Source: an archaeon
GTDB lineage: Archaea > Nanobdellota > Nanobdellia > Woesearchaeales > GW2011-AR9
Direction of reading: 5' to 3'
Assembly: GCA_018696395.1 (NCBI GenBank)
Contig: JABHQR010000023.1
Location: forward strand, 15,180-79,179
DNA: 64,000 nt
The translations under genes and the position numbers were made by a program. The notes below the pieces were generated by a model. It worked only from the letters and a program-made list of their open reading frames with translations, ran no database searches and had not been told where the DNA came from. Numbering within the stretch: position 1 is the stretch's first letter; every line of letters starts with the position of its first letter. This document shows, piece by piece, positions 39,196 through 49,252 of the stretch.

Positions 39196-40020
39196 TTAAC
39201 TCTTTTTTTCTTTCTTTTGTTCAGGTTTGATTACTTCATAACCCAACTTTTCTTGAAGTATATTAGAACCACCTTGGAGTAAAATCCCATAGTCCCTAGA
39301 TTGTTCAGTTGCACTTTTTGTTAAGAAAGGATCAGCTGGTTTCATACCCCTAGAATTAAATACAGGGGTTATGTAAGTTGCCATATCTAAGCGGTCATCT
39401 TCTGAGATTAGTCCTTCTAATGCTTTATCTTTTAGGTGAGAGGTATAACCTTGTACTATTTTACTTCCTAAATTTTGTAATTCGCTAATTAATTTAATCT
39501 TTTTCTTCCCTTTTAATTTGTTAATATAATTATCTTCTAAGATATTTATTGGATTTCCTCTCTCATCGGTATGATACATACCCATTAAAGAACCTTTTAA
39601 TTTTCTCAAATCTTTTCCCTTGATACCCTCTTTTTTAGCTTGTTCCATATGTTTATTGAATTTATCCCCTAATGCTTTTTGTAAGAAAGTATCAACATAT
39701 GACTCTAAAATTTTAGCAATATCATCTTCATGATCAATTTTATCACCATCACCAAACTTTGAACCATCTTTATTTTTTAAACCATCTAAAGTTTTAAATG
39801 CTGAATTGTAAGCCCCAGGAAAATCTTTTTCAGATCCAGGCTTACCAAATACAGTATAATGTGCATGCACTTGAAATTGTTGCATATGGATGTTTTCAGG
39901 ATCATGTAATTTTTCAAATTGACCGATTCTTTCCTTGAAATTTTTTCCAAGTTTATGATGAAATTTTTGATAACCACTTACGATGTCATCTACAGATTTT
40001 GGTTTATCGTCTTTTGCCAT
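39196..40020 (-). CDS. Hypothetical Lys-rich protein, 274 aa
   Basis: Long ORF; TATA-like TTTATATA ~25 nt upstream of the ATG (leaderless arrangement). Confidence 0.7.
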   Translation of the reverse strand: MAKDDKPKSVDDIVSGYQKFHHKLGKNFKERIGQFEKLHDPENIHMQQFQVHAHYTVFGKPGSEKDFPGAYNSAFKTLDGLKNKDGSKFGDGDKIDHEDDIAKILESYVDTFLQKALGDKFNKHMEQAKKEGIKGKDLRKLKGSLMGMYHTDERGNPINILEDNYINKLKGKKKIKLISELQNLGSKIVQGYTSHLKDKALEGLISEDDRLDMATYITPVFNSRGMKPADPFLTKSATEQSRDYGILLQGGSNILQEKLGYEVIKPEQKKEKKS

Positions 40021-40290
40021 AAGAACATAGCAGAAAAAGGTATTATATAAATATTTCTTTGCTGAAAATCCATTAAGAATAGTTTTAAATAAATAAAAAA
40101 TTAAACTAAAAAAAAAGAGGATTGACCAAAACGTCTCATTTTCTCAGAAAGCCTTAAAATTATGCAAAACATATATTCTAATAATTGTTTTGATAGTCAC
40201 AGTTTTATATATTTAGTCAAAATAATTTACTATAAAATATAATGATAAACAAAAAAAATTACAAATAACTAAGAGGTTAACATAAAAACA

Positions 40291-42180
40291 ATGGCAAAGA
40301 AAGCTAAAAGTTCAAAAAAAAGTATTAGTGCAAAGAAAATTACTAAAGCAGGAGAACCACAAAAGTCACCTGCAAAATTAATGGAACAAAAACTTCCGCC
40401 AGAAATGGAAAAGAAATTGAAAGCTATTAAAAATAAGTTAGACACATTTAAAGAAAAAGTTGTTGATAAGTTTGGTGATTATATTGTTGGTATCAGTTTA
40501 TTACCCCCAGAAAAACAAGCACCTGCAAAGCCAGGAGAAAAGCCTGTTGAACAAAAACCAGAAGATCAAAAGATTAATGTTTTAGTTTTAGTTGATGATA
40601 CTACTAGTAAAAAAATGAGTAAAGATGAACTTCATAAAAAGTTCTCAACAATTGTTACTCAGATAGGTAAAGAAGTTGACGAAAAAATCAAACCAGAAAG
40701 TATACTTCTAACAGATGTATGGCAAAGTTGTTATGATGGAAAGTTTGACCTTAACAAAATGATTGCAGTAAGTTCTCCAATTTATGATACAGGTATGCTA
40801 GCAGCAATTAAGATTGCAGAAGTTCACAAATCTATGGTTATCAAAAAGTTCGAAAAATATATTTTAAGTTATGTTCTAGCTGGTTCATTAGTTCAAGGTA
40901 GAGCCACACCAGAATCCGACATTGATGTATGGATCGTAATTGACGATACAGATGTTAAGAAAATGAGTAGAATTGAGTTAAAAGATAAACTTCGAGCAAT
41001 AATTTTAGGTATGGGTATGGAAGCTGGAGAAATTACTGGTGTTAAAAATAAAATTAACATTCAAGTATATATCTTAACAGACTTCTGGGATTCATTAAAA
41101 GAAGCTAACCCAATCATTTTCACTTTATTAAGAGATGGTGTACCTTTCTATGATAGAGGAATTTTCATGCCATGGAAACAATTGTTAAGAATGGGTAAAA
41201 TCAAACCTAGTAGAGAAGCAATTGATATGTTCATGAGTTCTGGAGAACAAATGATTAAGAGAGTTCAGTTAAAGTTGAGGGATATTGGCATGGAAGATTT
41301 ATTCTATGCAACTTTAACTCCATCACAGGCAGCTATAATGTTGTATGGTTTACCACCTCCAACACCTAAAGAAACTCCTGAAGTTTTAGAAGACATTTTC
41401 GTAAAGAAAGAAAAAATGTTGGAAAAAAAATGGATTGATATTTTGAAAAGAAATGTTAAAGTTAGAAAAGATTTGGAACATGGTAGTAAAAAAGAAGTTT
41501 CAGGTAAAGAACTTGATGAAATGATTAAAGATTCAGAAGCTTTCTTGAAAAGGATCAAACAACTATTTGATGAAATCCATTTAAGACATGATCAAAGAAA
41601 TGTGTTACACTTGTATGATGAAGTTATGACAATTATCAGAGATGTCTTAAAAATGGAAGGTGTTGATAAAATTCAAGATGAAGAATTAATTAAAATATTT
41701 GAGAACGAACTAATTTCAACTGCAAAAGTTCCTGCTAAATATTTAAGAGAACTTAACGAAATTGTGGAAGCTAAAAGAAAGTATGATGCAAAGAAACTTA
41801 CCAAAACTGAAGTAGAAAAAGCTAAGAAAGGTAGCATTAAATTGATCAAATTCTTAGTAGAGTACATGCAAAGAAAACGTGGTATAGAACTTGAAAGAGC
41901 TAAAATTAAGATTAAGCATGGTGAAAAGTTTGGAGAGATTACTTTAATGGATAAAGAAGCTTTCATTATCTTTGATATTGATGCTAAAGAAAGACAATAT
42001 TCCAAAGCACAAATCAATCCAGATGGAAGTTTAGGAACTACAAACCCAAGTAACATTGAAGAGTTTGAAAAATCTTTAGCAAAAGCAAAATTCCCAAAGA
42101 GAGTTTTCATTAAAGAAACAATCTTTGAAGATATTAAGCGATTGTTTGGTAATAAAGCAGAAGTTCTGTTACATTATTAG
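40291..42180 (+). CDS. Tandem Pol-beta nucleotidyltransferase domains with HEPN-like region
   Basis: Intact second domain LAGSLVQGRATPESDIDVWIVIDD; degenerate first domain VGISLLPP...INVLVLVDD; Rx4H motif VRKDLEHG. Confidence 0.75.
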   Translation: MAKKAKSSKKSISAKKITKAGEPQKSPAKLMEQKLPPEMEKKLKAIKNKLDTFKEKVVDKFGDYIVGISLLPPEKQAPAKPGEKPVEQKPEDQKINVLVLVDDTTSKKMSKDELHKKFSTIVTQIGKEVDEKIKPESILLTDVWQSCYDGKFDLNKMIAVSSPIYDTGMLAAIKIAEVHKSMVIKKFEKYILSYVLAGSLVQGRATPESDIDVWIVIDDTDVKKMSRIELKDKLRAIILGMGMEAGEITGVKNKINIQVYILTDFWDSLKEANPIIFTLLRDGVPFYDRGIFMPWKQLLRMGKIKPSREAIDMFMSSGEQMIKRVQLKLRDIGMEDLFYATLTPSQAAIMLYGLPPPTPKETPEVLEDIFVKKEKMLEKKWIDILKRNVKVRKDLEHGSKKEVSGKELDEMIKDSEAFLKRIKQLFDEIHLRHDQRNVLHLYDEVMTIIRDVLKMEGVDKIQDEELIKIFENELISTAKVPAKYLRELNEIVEAKRKYDAKKLTKTEVEKAKKGSIKLIKFLVEYMQRKRGIELERAKIKIKHGEKFGEITLMDKEAFIIFDIDAKERQYSKAQINPDGSLGTTNPSNIEEFEKSLAKAKFPKRVFIKETIFEDIKRLFGNKAEVLLHY

Positions 42181-42220
42181 TTCTTATTTTTTTTTATTTT
42201 TTCTTATTTTTTAAAAAAAG

Positions 42221-43399
42221 GTGTTAATTATGGATAATAAAAATAAATTTGCATTAGATTTTCATAAAAAGTATAAAGGTAAAATTGAAGTAATTAGTAA
42301 AGTCCCATTGAATAATAAAAATGATTTGTCAGTTGCATATACACCAGGTGTGGCATACCCATGTCTTGAAATTAATCAAGATGCGAGTAAAATTTATGAT
42401 TATACTTCCAAAGGTAATATGGTTGCAGTTGTGACAGATGGTAGTGCAGTTCTAGGATTAGGAGACATTGGTGCTGGTGCTGGTTTGCCTGTGATGGAAG
42501 GAAAGGCAGTTTTGTTTAAACAATTTGGTGGAGTTGATGCGTTTCCAATTTGTATTGATAGTAAAAATCCTGACATAATTGTTGAAACTGTTAGACTGAT
42601 TAGTCCTGGTTTTGGAGGAATTAATCTTGAGGACATTAGTGCACCAAGATGTTTTGAGATAGAGGATAGATTAAAAAAATTACTTGATATCCCTGTTTTT
42701 CATGATGATCAACACGGTACTGCTATTGTTGTTCTTGCTGGTTTAATTAATGCTTCAAAAATTATTGGTAAAGACATATGTGATCTTAAGGTTATTTTTA
42801 GTGGAGCAGGTGCTGCTGGCATAGCATGCGCTAACCTTTTGTTAAAAGTTGGAATTAAAAACATTATCATGTGTGATTCCAAAGGTGCAATTTTTGAAAA
42901 TCGTGAAAACTTGAATAGTGTTAAATTAGAGATGTCTAAAATCACTAACAAAGAAAATAAAAAAGGAACACTTAGTGATGTTATCGTTGGAGCTAATGTT
43001 TTTATTGGAGTTAGTGCACCAGGAGTTTTGACCAAGGAGATGGTTTCTAGTATGAGTAAAAATGCTATTATCTTTGCTATGGCTAATCCTGTTCCAGAAA
43101 TTATGCCAAATGATGCATTAAGTGCAGGTGCAGCAGTTGTTGCTACTGGAAGAAGCGATTTTCCAAATCAGATCAATAATGTTCTTGCTTTTCCAGGTGT
43201 TTTTCGTGGTGCACTTGATGTTAGAGCTAGTAAGATTACTGATAATATGAAAATAGCTGCTGCTAAAGCTCTTGCAAAATTGGTTGAAAACCCAACTAAA
43301 GATAAAATTATCCCAAGTCCTTTTGACAAAAATGTTGCAAATGTGATTGCTGACGCAGTTAAAAAGAAAGCTATTGAAGAAGGGTTAAATAGAATTTAA
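42221..43399 (+). CDS. mae: NAD(P)-dependent malic enzyme (likely start ATG 42230)
   Basis: AYTPGVA, VTDGSAVLGLG, PVMEGKAVLFK, INLEDI, FHDDQHGTA, GAGAAG, ANPVPEI, NNVLAFPG. Confidence 0.95.
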   Translation: MLIMDNKNKFALDFHKKYKGKIEVISKVPLNNKNDLSVAYTPGVAYPCLEINQDASKIYDYTSKGNMVAVVTDGSAVLGLGDIGAGAGLPVMEGKAVLFKQFGGVDAFPICIDSKNPDIIVETVRLISPGFGGINLEDISAPRCFEIEDRLKKLLDIPVFHDDQHGTAIVVLAGLINASKIIGKDICDLKVIFSGAGAAGIACANLLLKVGIKNIIMCDSKGAIFENRENLNSVKLEMSKITNKENKKGTLSDVIVGANVFIGVSAPGVLTKEMVSSMSKNAIIFAMANPVPEIMPNDALSAGAAVVATGRSDFPNQINNVLAFPGVFRGALDVRASKITDNMKIAAAKALAKLVENPTKDKIIPSPFDKNVANVIADAVKKKAIEEGLNRI

Positions 43400-43407
43400 A
43401 AAAAATT

Positions 43408-44127
43408 TTATTTCTTCAGATACCATTGCCTTTTATTTTCTTCAAATTTTTCTATAGCGTACCTCAACATTGTTCTGGGCATGGTTTTATAATGTTGTTT
43501 CAAGAATTTTTCTTCTACTTCTTGATTCCTCTTACCAATTTCCCTCAACATCCATCCCACTGCTTTATGTATTAAGTCATGGTGATCATATAACAAGATT
43601 TTAGAAATTTTTAACGAATCTTCAAATTGATTATTCCTAATAAACGCAAATGTAGAAATAACAGAAATTCTTCTTTCCCAAAGATCTTTTGATTTAGCTA
43701 AATCATAAAGTATTTTTCTATCTTTAAGATTTTCTTTTTCCAGTAAGTATTCCCCCAATATGTAATGTGCAGAAGAGTCTACTAAATCCCAATTGTTAAT
43801 GTATTTAGTATTATCCAGATAAAGATTAACAATTTTTCTTTGTTCTAAATCATTATTATTCTTTTTCGCTTTCTTATATTTGTTAACCAATATGATTAAA
43901 GCACCTAACCTGTATTCATGAATATTAGTTTGAAGAAGTTTAACAAGATCAGTTAAGTTCATTTCATAATATCTCTTTGCAACTTCCCTTAGTTTGGGAA
44001 CCCTCATTCCTAAAAAAATATCACCTTCACCATATTCACCTTTACCAGTTTTAAAAAATCTAGAATAGTTTTTAGATAACTCCTTATCAGCTAAATTGTT
44101 TAAATCTTGTTTTATTTGGTTTAACAT
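43408..44127 (-). CDS. DNA alkylation repair protein (AlkD-like)
   Basis: FFKTGKGEYGEGDIFLG, NNWDLVD, LWERR, DLIHKAVGWMLREIGK, MPRTMLRYAIE. Confidence 0.9.
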   Translation of the reverse strand: MLNQIKQDLNNLADKELSKNYSRFFKTGKGEYGEGDIFLGMRVPKLREVAKRYYEMNLTDLVKLLQTNIHEYRLGALIILVNKYKKAKKNNNDLEQRKIVNLYLDNTKYINNWDLVDSSAHYILGEYLLEKENLKDRKILYDLAKSKDLWERRISVISTFAFIRNNQFEDSLKISKILLYDHHDLIHKAVGWMLREIGKRNQEVEEKFLKQHYKTMPRTMLRYAIEKFEENKRQWYLKK

Positions 44128-44163
44128 TTTTATATTTAAATTAATTTTATAGATATTTCCAAT

Positions 44164-45084
44164 TCATTTCCGGATAACATAAAATATTTCATTCTTTTCT
44201 AGGATTATTTCAAAAATATAATTTAATCTATTACACATTAATTTAACCCAGTTACGCTTAGGATAATTCATTTTCTTACCACTGATAGTTAATGTTGGAA
44301 AACTAAGCACTACAAACTCTGCTGGAACATTAACAATAATTTCTTCAGTAACTTTATGTCCTTTACCTTGTTCCAACACATCAGACATTTTTAATAAGAA
44401 ACATATATCAAAAGCAGGAAGAGTTTCAATTTCATGCCAGTTAAGTAAATTGAAAACTTTAGCTTGACCTTTAAAATAAGGAAATTGATTATTAATTTTA
44501 ACAAAACATTTATTTAATTGATCAATCTCAGATTCGTTAAGATCATAAGCATAATATATTAATCCTTTAGTTCTTCTATTATCTAAAATATTCATATTAA
44601 TTATTGATAATGGATTAAGGCCCGCCCCCAGGTCTATGATTGAATCTGGCTTGCCAGTAATTTTGAAAATCTTTTGATACAAAGAAGAATAAAAATCTAA
44701 TCTTTCGTTAGTAGAAGCATGTGTTTTCATAATATTGTTAATAATAAGTTCAGTGTTTTTCCAATCATCAACTTTTTCATTTTCAAGTTGATCAATTAAA
44801 TGTTCACGTTCTTTATCTTTAGTTTCATTCCTAAACATAGAATGATATTTTCTTAACCTTGCTCTAACTGATTTTACAATCAATTTATAATCCTTACATT
44901 TAGGATTAATCTCTTTATTTCTAGAAGAAAGGTACTTAACCCCCCCTTTATCTCTTTTAAGAAATTCAAATAATTGGTCACGAACAAACTCTTTATCAAT
45001 ATCCTGAAGTTCTTTCTTCACTATAATAGAATTTAATATTTGTCCTATTCTTTCTTCATCAAGAGTTTTACCATCAACATACAT
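44164..45084 (-). CDS. FmrO/ArmA/Rmt-family 16S rRNA m7G1405 methyltransferase homolog
   Basis: HASTNERL, IIDLGAGLNPL (SAM motif), YYAYD, FLLK..DVLEQ, VVLSFPT.TISGK. Confidence 0.75.
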   Translation of the reverse strand: MYVDGKTLDEERIGQILNSIIVKKELQDIDKEFVRDQLFEFLKRDKGGVKYLSSRNKEINPKCKDYKLIVKSVRARLRKYHSMFRNETKDKEREHLIDQLENEKVDDWKNTELIINNIMKTHASTNERLDFYSSLYQKIFKITGKPDSIIDLGAGLNPLSIINMNILDNRRTKGLIYYAYDLNESEIDQLNKCFVKINNQFPYFKGQAKVFNLLNWHEIETLPAFDICFLLKMSDVLEQGKGHKVTEEIIVNVPAEFVVLSFPTLTISGKKMNYPKRNWVKLMCNRLNYIFEIILEKNEIFYVIRK

Positions 45085-45146
45085 AACATGTTAAAGTAAG
45101 TTGTGTTATAAAAAGTTTTTTAAAGGTAATAAGAATAAACTTAGAT

Positions 45147-45836
45147 ATGTCTAACATTAATTGGAAAGAATCTTTTGAAAAAGTTAAGTTAAACACAAAG
45201 AAATTTTGGAACTTTTTATGGAACAGTGATTCAGCTGCCAGTTGGATTCTTAACATAATATTAGCATTCATTCTAATCAAATTTATAGTATACCCATTAT
45301 TAGGGATAGTTTTAGGAACAGGTTTCCCAGTAGTAGCAGTAATTAGTGAAAGTATGGAACATGATTTGTATGAGGGAGTTATTTGTGGCCAATCTTTCAG
45401 TGAATTTCCAAATGGTTTTGATAGTTATTGGAATATTTGTGGTTATTGGTATGAAGACATGAATGTCACAAAAGAAGAATTTGAAGAATTTCCGATACAT
45501 AATGGATTTAATCGTGGAGACATAATTGTATTATGGAGAGCAGACAGCACTAATACTGAAGTAGGAGACATAATTGTATTTCAAGGACCTAAACCACAAC
45601 CAATTATCCATAGAGTTGTTGATACTTGGACTGTAGAAAACGAAATTGGAGAATTAGAATATTTTTACCATACTAAAGGTGATCATAACAAAGATAGTTT
45701 TGGTGGTGACATGGGCGAGTTAGAGATTAGTGAAGATAGAATTTATGGTAAAGCATTATTCAAGATACCATATTTAGGTTGGGTCAAAATAGGTTTTGCA
45801 GAACTAATTGGGTTAGTTGGCGTAGAAATGAGTTGA
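45147..45836 (+). CDS. Signal peptidase I, archaeal S26B type
   Basis: VISESM (catalytic Ser), GDII, IIHRV (His), TKGDHN, KIPYLGW; N-terminal TM. Confidence 0.9.
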   Translation: MSNINWKESFEKVKLNTKKFWNFLWNSDSAASWILNIILAFILIKFIVYPLLGIVLGTGFPVVAVISESMEHDLYEGVICGQSFSEFPNGFDSYWNICGYWYEDMNVTKEEFEEFPIHNGFNRGDIIVLWRADSTNTEVGDIIVFQGPKPQPIIHRVVDTWTVENEIGELEYFYHTKGDHNKDSFGGDMGELEISEDRIYGKALFKIPYLGWVKIGFAELIGLVGVEMS

Positions 45837-46553
45837 TTACTTCTTCTTCTTAGCGTTCTTCCACATAAATTCAAAATATGCTTGATAAGATTTTGCAGCG
45901 TCAGGATTTTCTATAATAATTGCTTCAGGCGTTTCTGTCCAAACGATTATTGCAATTTTATCACCATAAATGTTAGTTACCACATTTGAACGAACATCCT
46001 TATCAACAAACCGATAACTGGTCCCTTTAGAAGATCTTTCTAATCTACTTGGAAAAGCTAAATTTTTAGTTTTCATTCCTTTAAAATTTTGTTCGCGAAT
46101 AAACTGTTTAACAAACACGGGTAAACGTTTACTTAACTGTCCTTCAGAACCAAATACATAATTATCTTTTCCTTCACGAAGAATATCCTTTAATACAGAT
46201 TTAACTCCACGCTCACCTTTAAACATACGAACATTCCCACTAGTTTTAGTTTCTCTATGACGTTTTGACAAATGAGGGATAATATTCTTAACTGCATCTT
46301 CTTGTTCTTTAATATATTCTAATAACCTAGAAGGTGAAGTTGCTTGAAATAATTTAATTTTACCAAGAGTAGCATAAGATATTAATCCTTTGTAAACTAA
46401 AGAATTAATTGCACCATAAGCAGAGGATCTTTGTATTTCAGTACCTTTAGCAATTTTCCCTGCTTTACTTTGACCATGATCAATTAGATATAAATAAACT
46501 TTAATTTCATTTGGACTAAGTCCAATTTTTTCTAATGATTTTATGACATCCAT
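45837..46553 (-). CDS. TrmB-family transcriptional regulator
   Basis: LEKIGLSPNEIKVY..L, wHTH RSSAY..INSLVYKGLI, C-term IYGDKIAI...AIIIEN...FEFMW. Confidence 0.9.
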   Translation of the reverse strand: MDVIKSLEKIGLSPNEIKVYLYLIDHGQSKAGKIAKGTEIQRSSAYGAINSLVYKGLISYATLGKIKLFQATSPSRLLEYIKEQEDAVKNIIPHLSKRHRETKTSGNVRMFKGERGVKSVLKDILREGKDNYVFGSEGQLSKRLPVFVKQFIREQNFKGMKTKNLAFPSRLERSSKGTSYRFVDKDVRSNVVTNIYGDKIAIIVWTETPEAIIIENPDAAKSYQAYFEFMWKNAKKKK

Positions 46554-46683
46554 ATTTACTAGAGTTATTATTCATACATATAAAACTTTTCTTTTTATTG
46601 TCCAGATTTGGACAACACAAGTTAATATAACACCTAGTTCTAAAACATACCTGAGAGAAAGGTAATAGAGGAAAGGAGGAAAA

Positions 46684-46839
46684 ATGGAACAAAAATATCA
46701 ACCAAAAGAAGTGCCAGAAAAACAAAAGAAAAAAGATCTTGACCTAAGATACTTACTAGAAAAAACGAAACAAGATGAGTGGTATGGGATCTGCAAAGGC
46801 AGTGAACTAGAACAAGAACTTGGAAAATATCAATGGTAA
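46684..46839 (+). CDS. Small ORF, 51 aa (not in ORF track)
   Basis: GGAGG RBS just upstream; MEQKYQPKEVPEKQKKKDLDLRYLLEKTKQDEWYGICKGSELEQELGKYQW. Confidence 0.65.
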   Translation: MEQKYQPKEVPEKQKKKDLDLRYLLEKTKQDEWYGICKGSELEQELGKYQW

Positions 46840-46864
46840 ATAGACTAAAGAATGAGGTCAAAAA

Positions 46865-47014
46865 ATGATGCAAACACAAAACCAAACAGATGAACAACTA
46901 AGCAAGAAAGTTGATGAGATACAAGAATTCTTGATGTGTAGAAACCCAAACTGGTCACAAGACAAAGCAAGGTGGATGGCATTACAAGCCACAGGGGTAC
47001 TGAAACCAAGGTAA
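46865..47014 (+). CDS. Small ORF, 49 aa (not in ORF track)
   Basis: GAGGT RBS upstream; MMQTQNQTDEQLSKKVDEIQEFLMCRNPNWSQDKARWMALQATGVLKPR. Confidence 0.6.
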   Translation: MMQTQNQTDEQLSKKVDEIQEFLMCRNPNWSQDKARWMALQATGVLKPR

Positions 47015-47043
47015 TGAAAATAAGTGATAGATGTGGAGAAAAA

Positions 47044-47586
47044 ATGAGAAAATTAAACGAGGAAGATAAAAAACGAGTAATTGAATTAGAAGAGTTAGTT
47101 GCTGAGTATGAAGAAAAAATAGATGAGATACACCCAAAATTAAGAATTGCAAAAAATAGATATGAAAGTCTAAGAGCACAAAACATGAGGTTATGGGATA
47201 AAAAAAGTTTTTACAAAAGAGAAATTGAAGAGATCACCAACCCTAAACCGAGAGAACCAGAGTATCTTAATGCAGAGGAACATCCTGATAAAGAAAACTT
47301 ATTTGGAATAAAAATGATCTGTACATCAAAATGTAGGGCATACAGCATTGATCTAATCCCAGTAAATGAGATGAAATGGACAGTAAGACAATATTATGTA
47401 GACATAGAAATGCCTGCAGACCCATCAGATAGAGGGTCTATAGTATTGAAAGATGGAAAGTATCACTGTTTCAACAAAAAAAGAGAAAGAATAGTCGAAG
47501 CATTAGACATCTTTTATAGGAGGGTAGAATGTGAAGAAAAAAACTCAAAATATCTTTTCAATGGCGAACACAAAGGATACGAATAA
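47044..47586 (+). CDS. Hypothetical protein with N-terminal coiled coil (start at 47044 or 47014)
   Basis: Same frame as track ORF 46972-47586; GGAG RBS before ATG 47044. Confidence 0.65.
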   Translation: MRKLNEEDKKRVIELEELVAEYEEKIDEIHPKLRIAKNRYESLRAQNMRLWDKKSFYKREIEEITNPKPREPEYLNAEEHPDKENLFGIKMICTSKCRAYSIDLIPVNEMKWTVRQYYVDIEMPADPSDRGSIVLKDGKYHCFNKKRERIVEALDIFYRRVECEEKNSKYLFNGEHKGYE

Positions 47587-47638
47587 GAAAAGAAAAAGAC
47601 TAACAAAAAGAGATAGAAAAGTAGATGTGGGAGAAAAA

Positions 47639-48214
47639 ATGAAAAAAAGAATTATCCTGGCATCAGGAAGTCCAAGAAGGAAAGATTTGCTAACACAATT
47701 AGGAATTGATTTTGAAATAATCCCTAGCGAATACGAAGAAGATATGACTATTCAACTCCCCCCTAAAGAACTAGTACAATACCTTGCCAAAGGTAAAGCT
47801 CGTGATGTTGCAGATAAATATAACGATGCACTAATTATCGGAGCAGACACGTTCATAACAGTTAACGAAAAAATAATGGGAAAACCGAAAGACTACAACG
47901 AAGCAAAAGAAATGCTCAAAGCAACATCTAACCAAGTAGTTAAAATTCACACAGGAGTATGCATAATTAACACAAAAAATAACGAAGAATGGATTGACTA
48001 TGATTTAACAAAAATCCACATAAAAAAAATGAGTGAAAAAGATATTGAAAGTTACCTAAGTAAAGGCGAGTGGAAAGACAAAGCAGGTGCAATGGGGATA
48101 CAAGGAAATTCAGCACCATACATTCAAAAAATTGAAGGCAGTTACAGTAATGCTATGGGCTTTCCACTGGAAAAAGTGAGTGATAGATTAAAACAATGGA
48201 GGAAAGAAAAATGA
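47639..48214 (+). CDS. maf: Maf-family nucleotide pyrophosphatase
   Basis: IILASGSPRR, KA..VA, IIGADT, GKPKD, DKAGA.GIQG, IEGSYSN.MGFP; start reassigned to the ATG after a GGGAG RBS. Confidence 0.92.
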   Translation: MKKRIILASGSPRRKDLLTQLGIDFEIIPSEYEEDMTIQLPPKELVQYLAKGKARDVADKYNDALIIGADTFITVNEKIMGKPKDYNEAKEMLKATSNQVVKIHTGVCIINTKNNEEWIDYDLTKIHIKKMSEKDIESYLSKGEWKDKAGAMGIQGNSAPYIQKIEGSYSNAMGFPLEKVSDRLKQWRKEK

Positions 48215-48402
48215 AAAACTACGAACCAAAAGTAAGTGAATTAGTACGAAGAATCAAAGCAGAAGACAGTTATGACACTAAAGCGAAACTATTTACTCAG
48301 CTAGGAGATTTAAGAACTGAACAATATCAAAGAGCTCAGAAATTAGCAGAAAATTGTTATCAAGCTGCTGAAAGATTCTTAGATAGAATTAAGAATGAAT
48401 AA
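48211..48402 (+). CDS. Small helical hypothetical protein, 63 aa
   Basis: ATGA overlap with the maf stop and GGAGG RBS upstream. Confidence 0.6.
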   Translation: MKNYEPKVSELVRRIKAEDSYDTKAKLFTQLGDLRTEQYQRAQKLAENCYQAAERFLDRIKNE

Positions 48403-48441
48403 ATGATTTATTTTTCTTTTTTTAATTATAAAATAAAAAAA

Positions 48442-48762
48442 TTAAGAATGATATTCCCTAAGAATCCCCATTACCTTTTCTAAACTTGGGACTTGTTCTA
48501 ACTTGGAATAAATATCTTCTTTAATTTCAGGAGAAACTTTCTCTTTAACAACATCAAGATCAATCCTAAATATGTACATAGGTGCATAAGTAATTATTTC
48601 TAATGGCCTCTCTTCCCCTACATCAACTAGAACATATTTATGGAAATCTCTCCCTTTTTCATTAACATCCCTGATTGAATAAGGTGATTTTGAAAATAAG
48701 TCATCAATCTGCTCTACACCTGCAACACCAATATGTGCATCATATTCAACCATTCTTGCCAT
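48442..48762 (-). CDS. Hypothetical protein, 106 aa
   Basis: ATG-initiated ORF with TATA-like TTTTAAAA ~25 nt upstream. Confidence 0.6.
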   Translation of the reverse strand: MARMVEYDAHIGVAGVEQIDDLFSKSPYSIRDVNEKGRDFHKYVLVDVGEERPLEIITYAPMYIFRIDLDVVKEKVSPEIKEDIYSKLEQVPSLEKVMGILREYHS

Positions 48763-48902
48763 ATTAATTGATTAATTTGTTATTTTAAAAAAGATTATGG
48801 TAATGGAAAATGAATAATTGATTAACAAAACAGAATAATATCAATAAATTTTTAAAAGAAAGCTCAATTTAGGTCAAAGTTAAGAATGAAAGGTGATCTA
48901 TA

Positions 48903-49220
48903 ATGTTTTGTCCAAAATGTGGAACTATACTAAGAGTTAAAGAAAAAGCAAAGAAAAAAGTACTTTTCTGTGGAAATTGTAATTATACCAAATCTCCTGA
49001 AGAAGGAGAAAAAATGGAACTTAAAGAAAAAGTAAGTACTGGTAAACAAGTAGAAGTTATTGAAAAAACTGAACTTCTTCCAAAAATAAGGGCACAATGT
49101 AAGAAATGTGATAATGATGTAGCATATTATTGGTCATACCAAACAAGGTCTGCTGACGAACCGGAAACTAGATTTTTCAAATGTACTAAATGCGGACATA
49201 CTTGGCGAGAATATTCATAA
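48903..49220 (+). CDS. tfs: Archaeal transcription factor S
   Basis: MFCPKCG...C..C N-terminal Zn ribbon; C-terminal CKKC...QTRSADEPETRFFKCTKCGHTWR with acidic hairpin; AGGTGA RBS. Confidence 0.95.
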   Translation: MFCPKCGTILRVKEKAKKKVLFCGNCNYTKSPEEGEKMELKEKVSTGKQVEVIEKTELLPKIRAQCKKCDNDVAYYWSYQTRSADEPETRFFKCTKCGHTWREYS

Positions 49221-49252
49221 TTAATCTAAATTAATTGTATAGAATAAATAAA

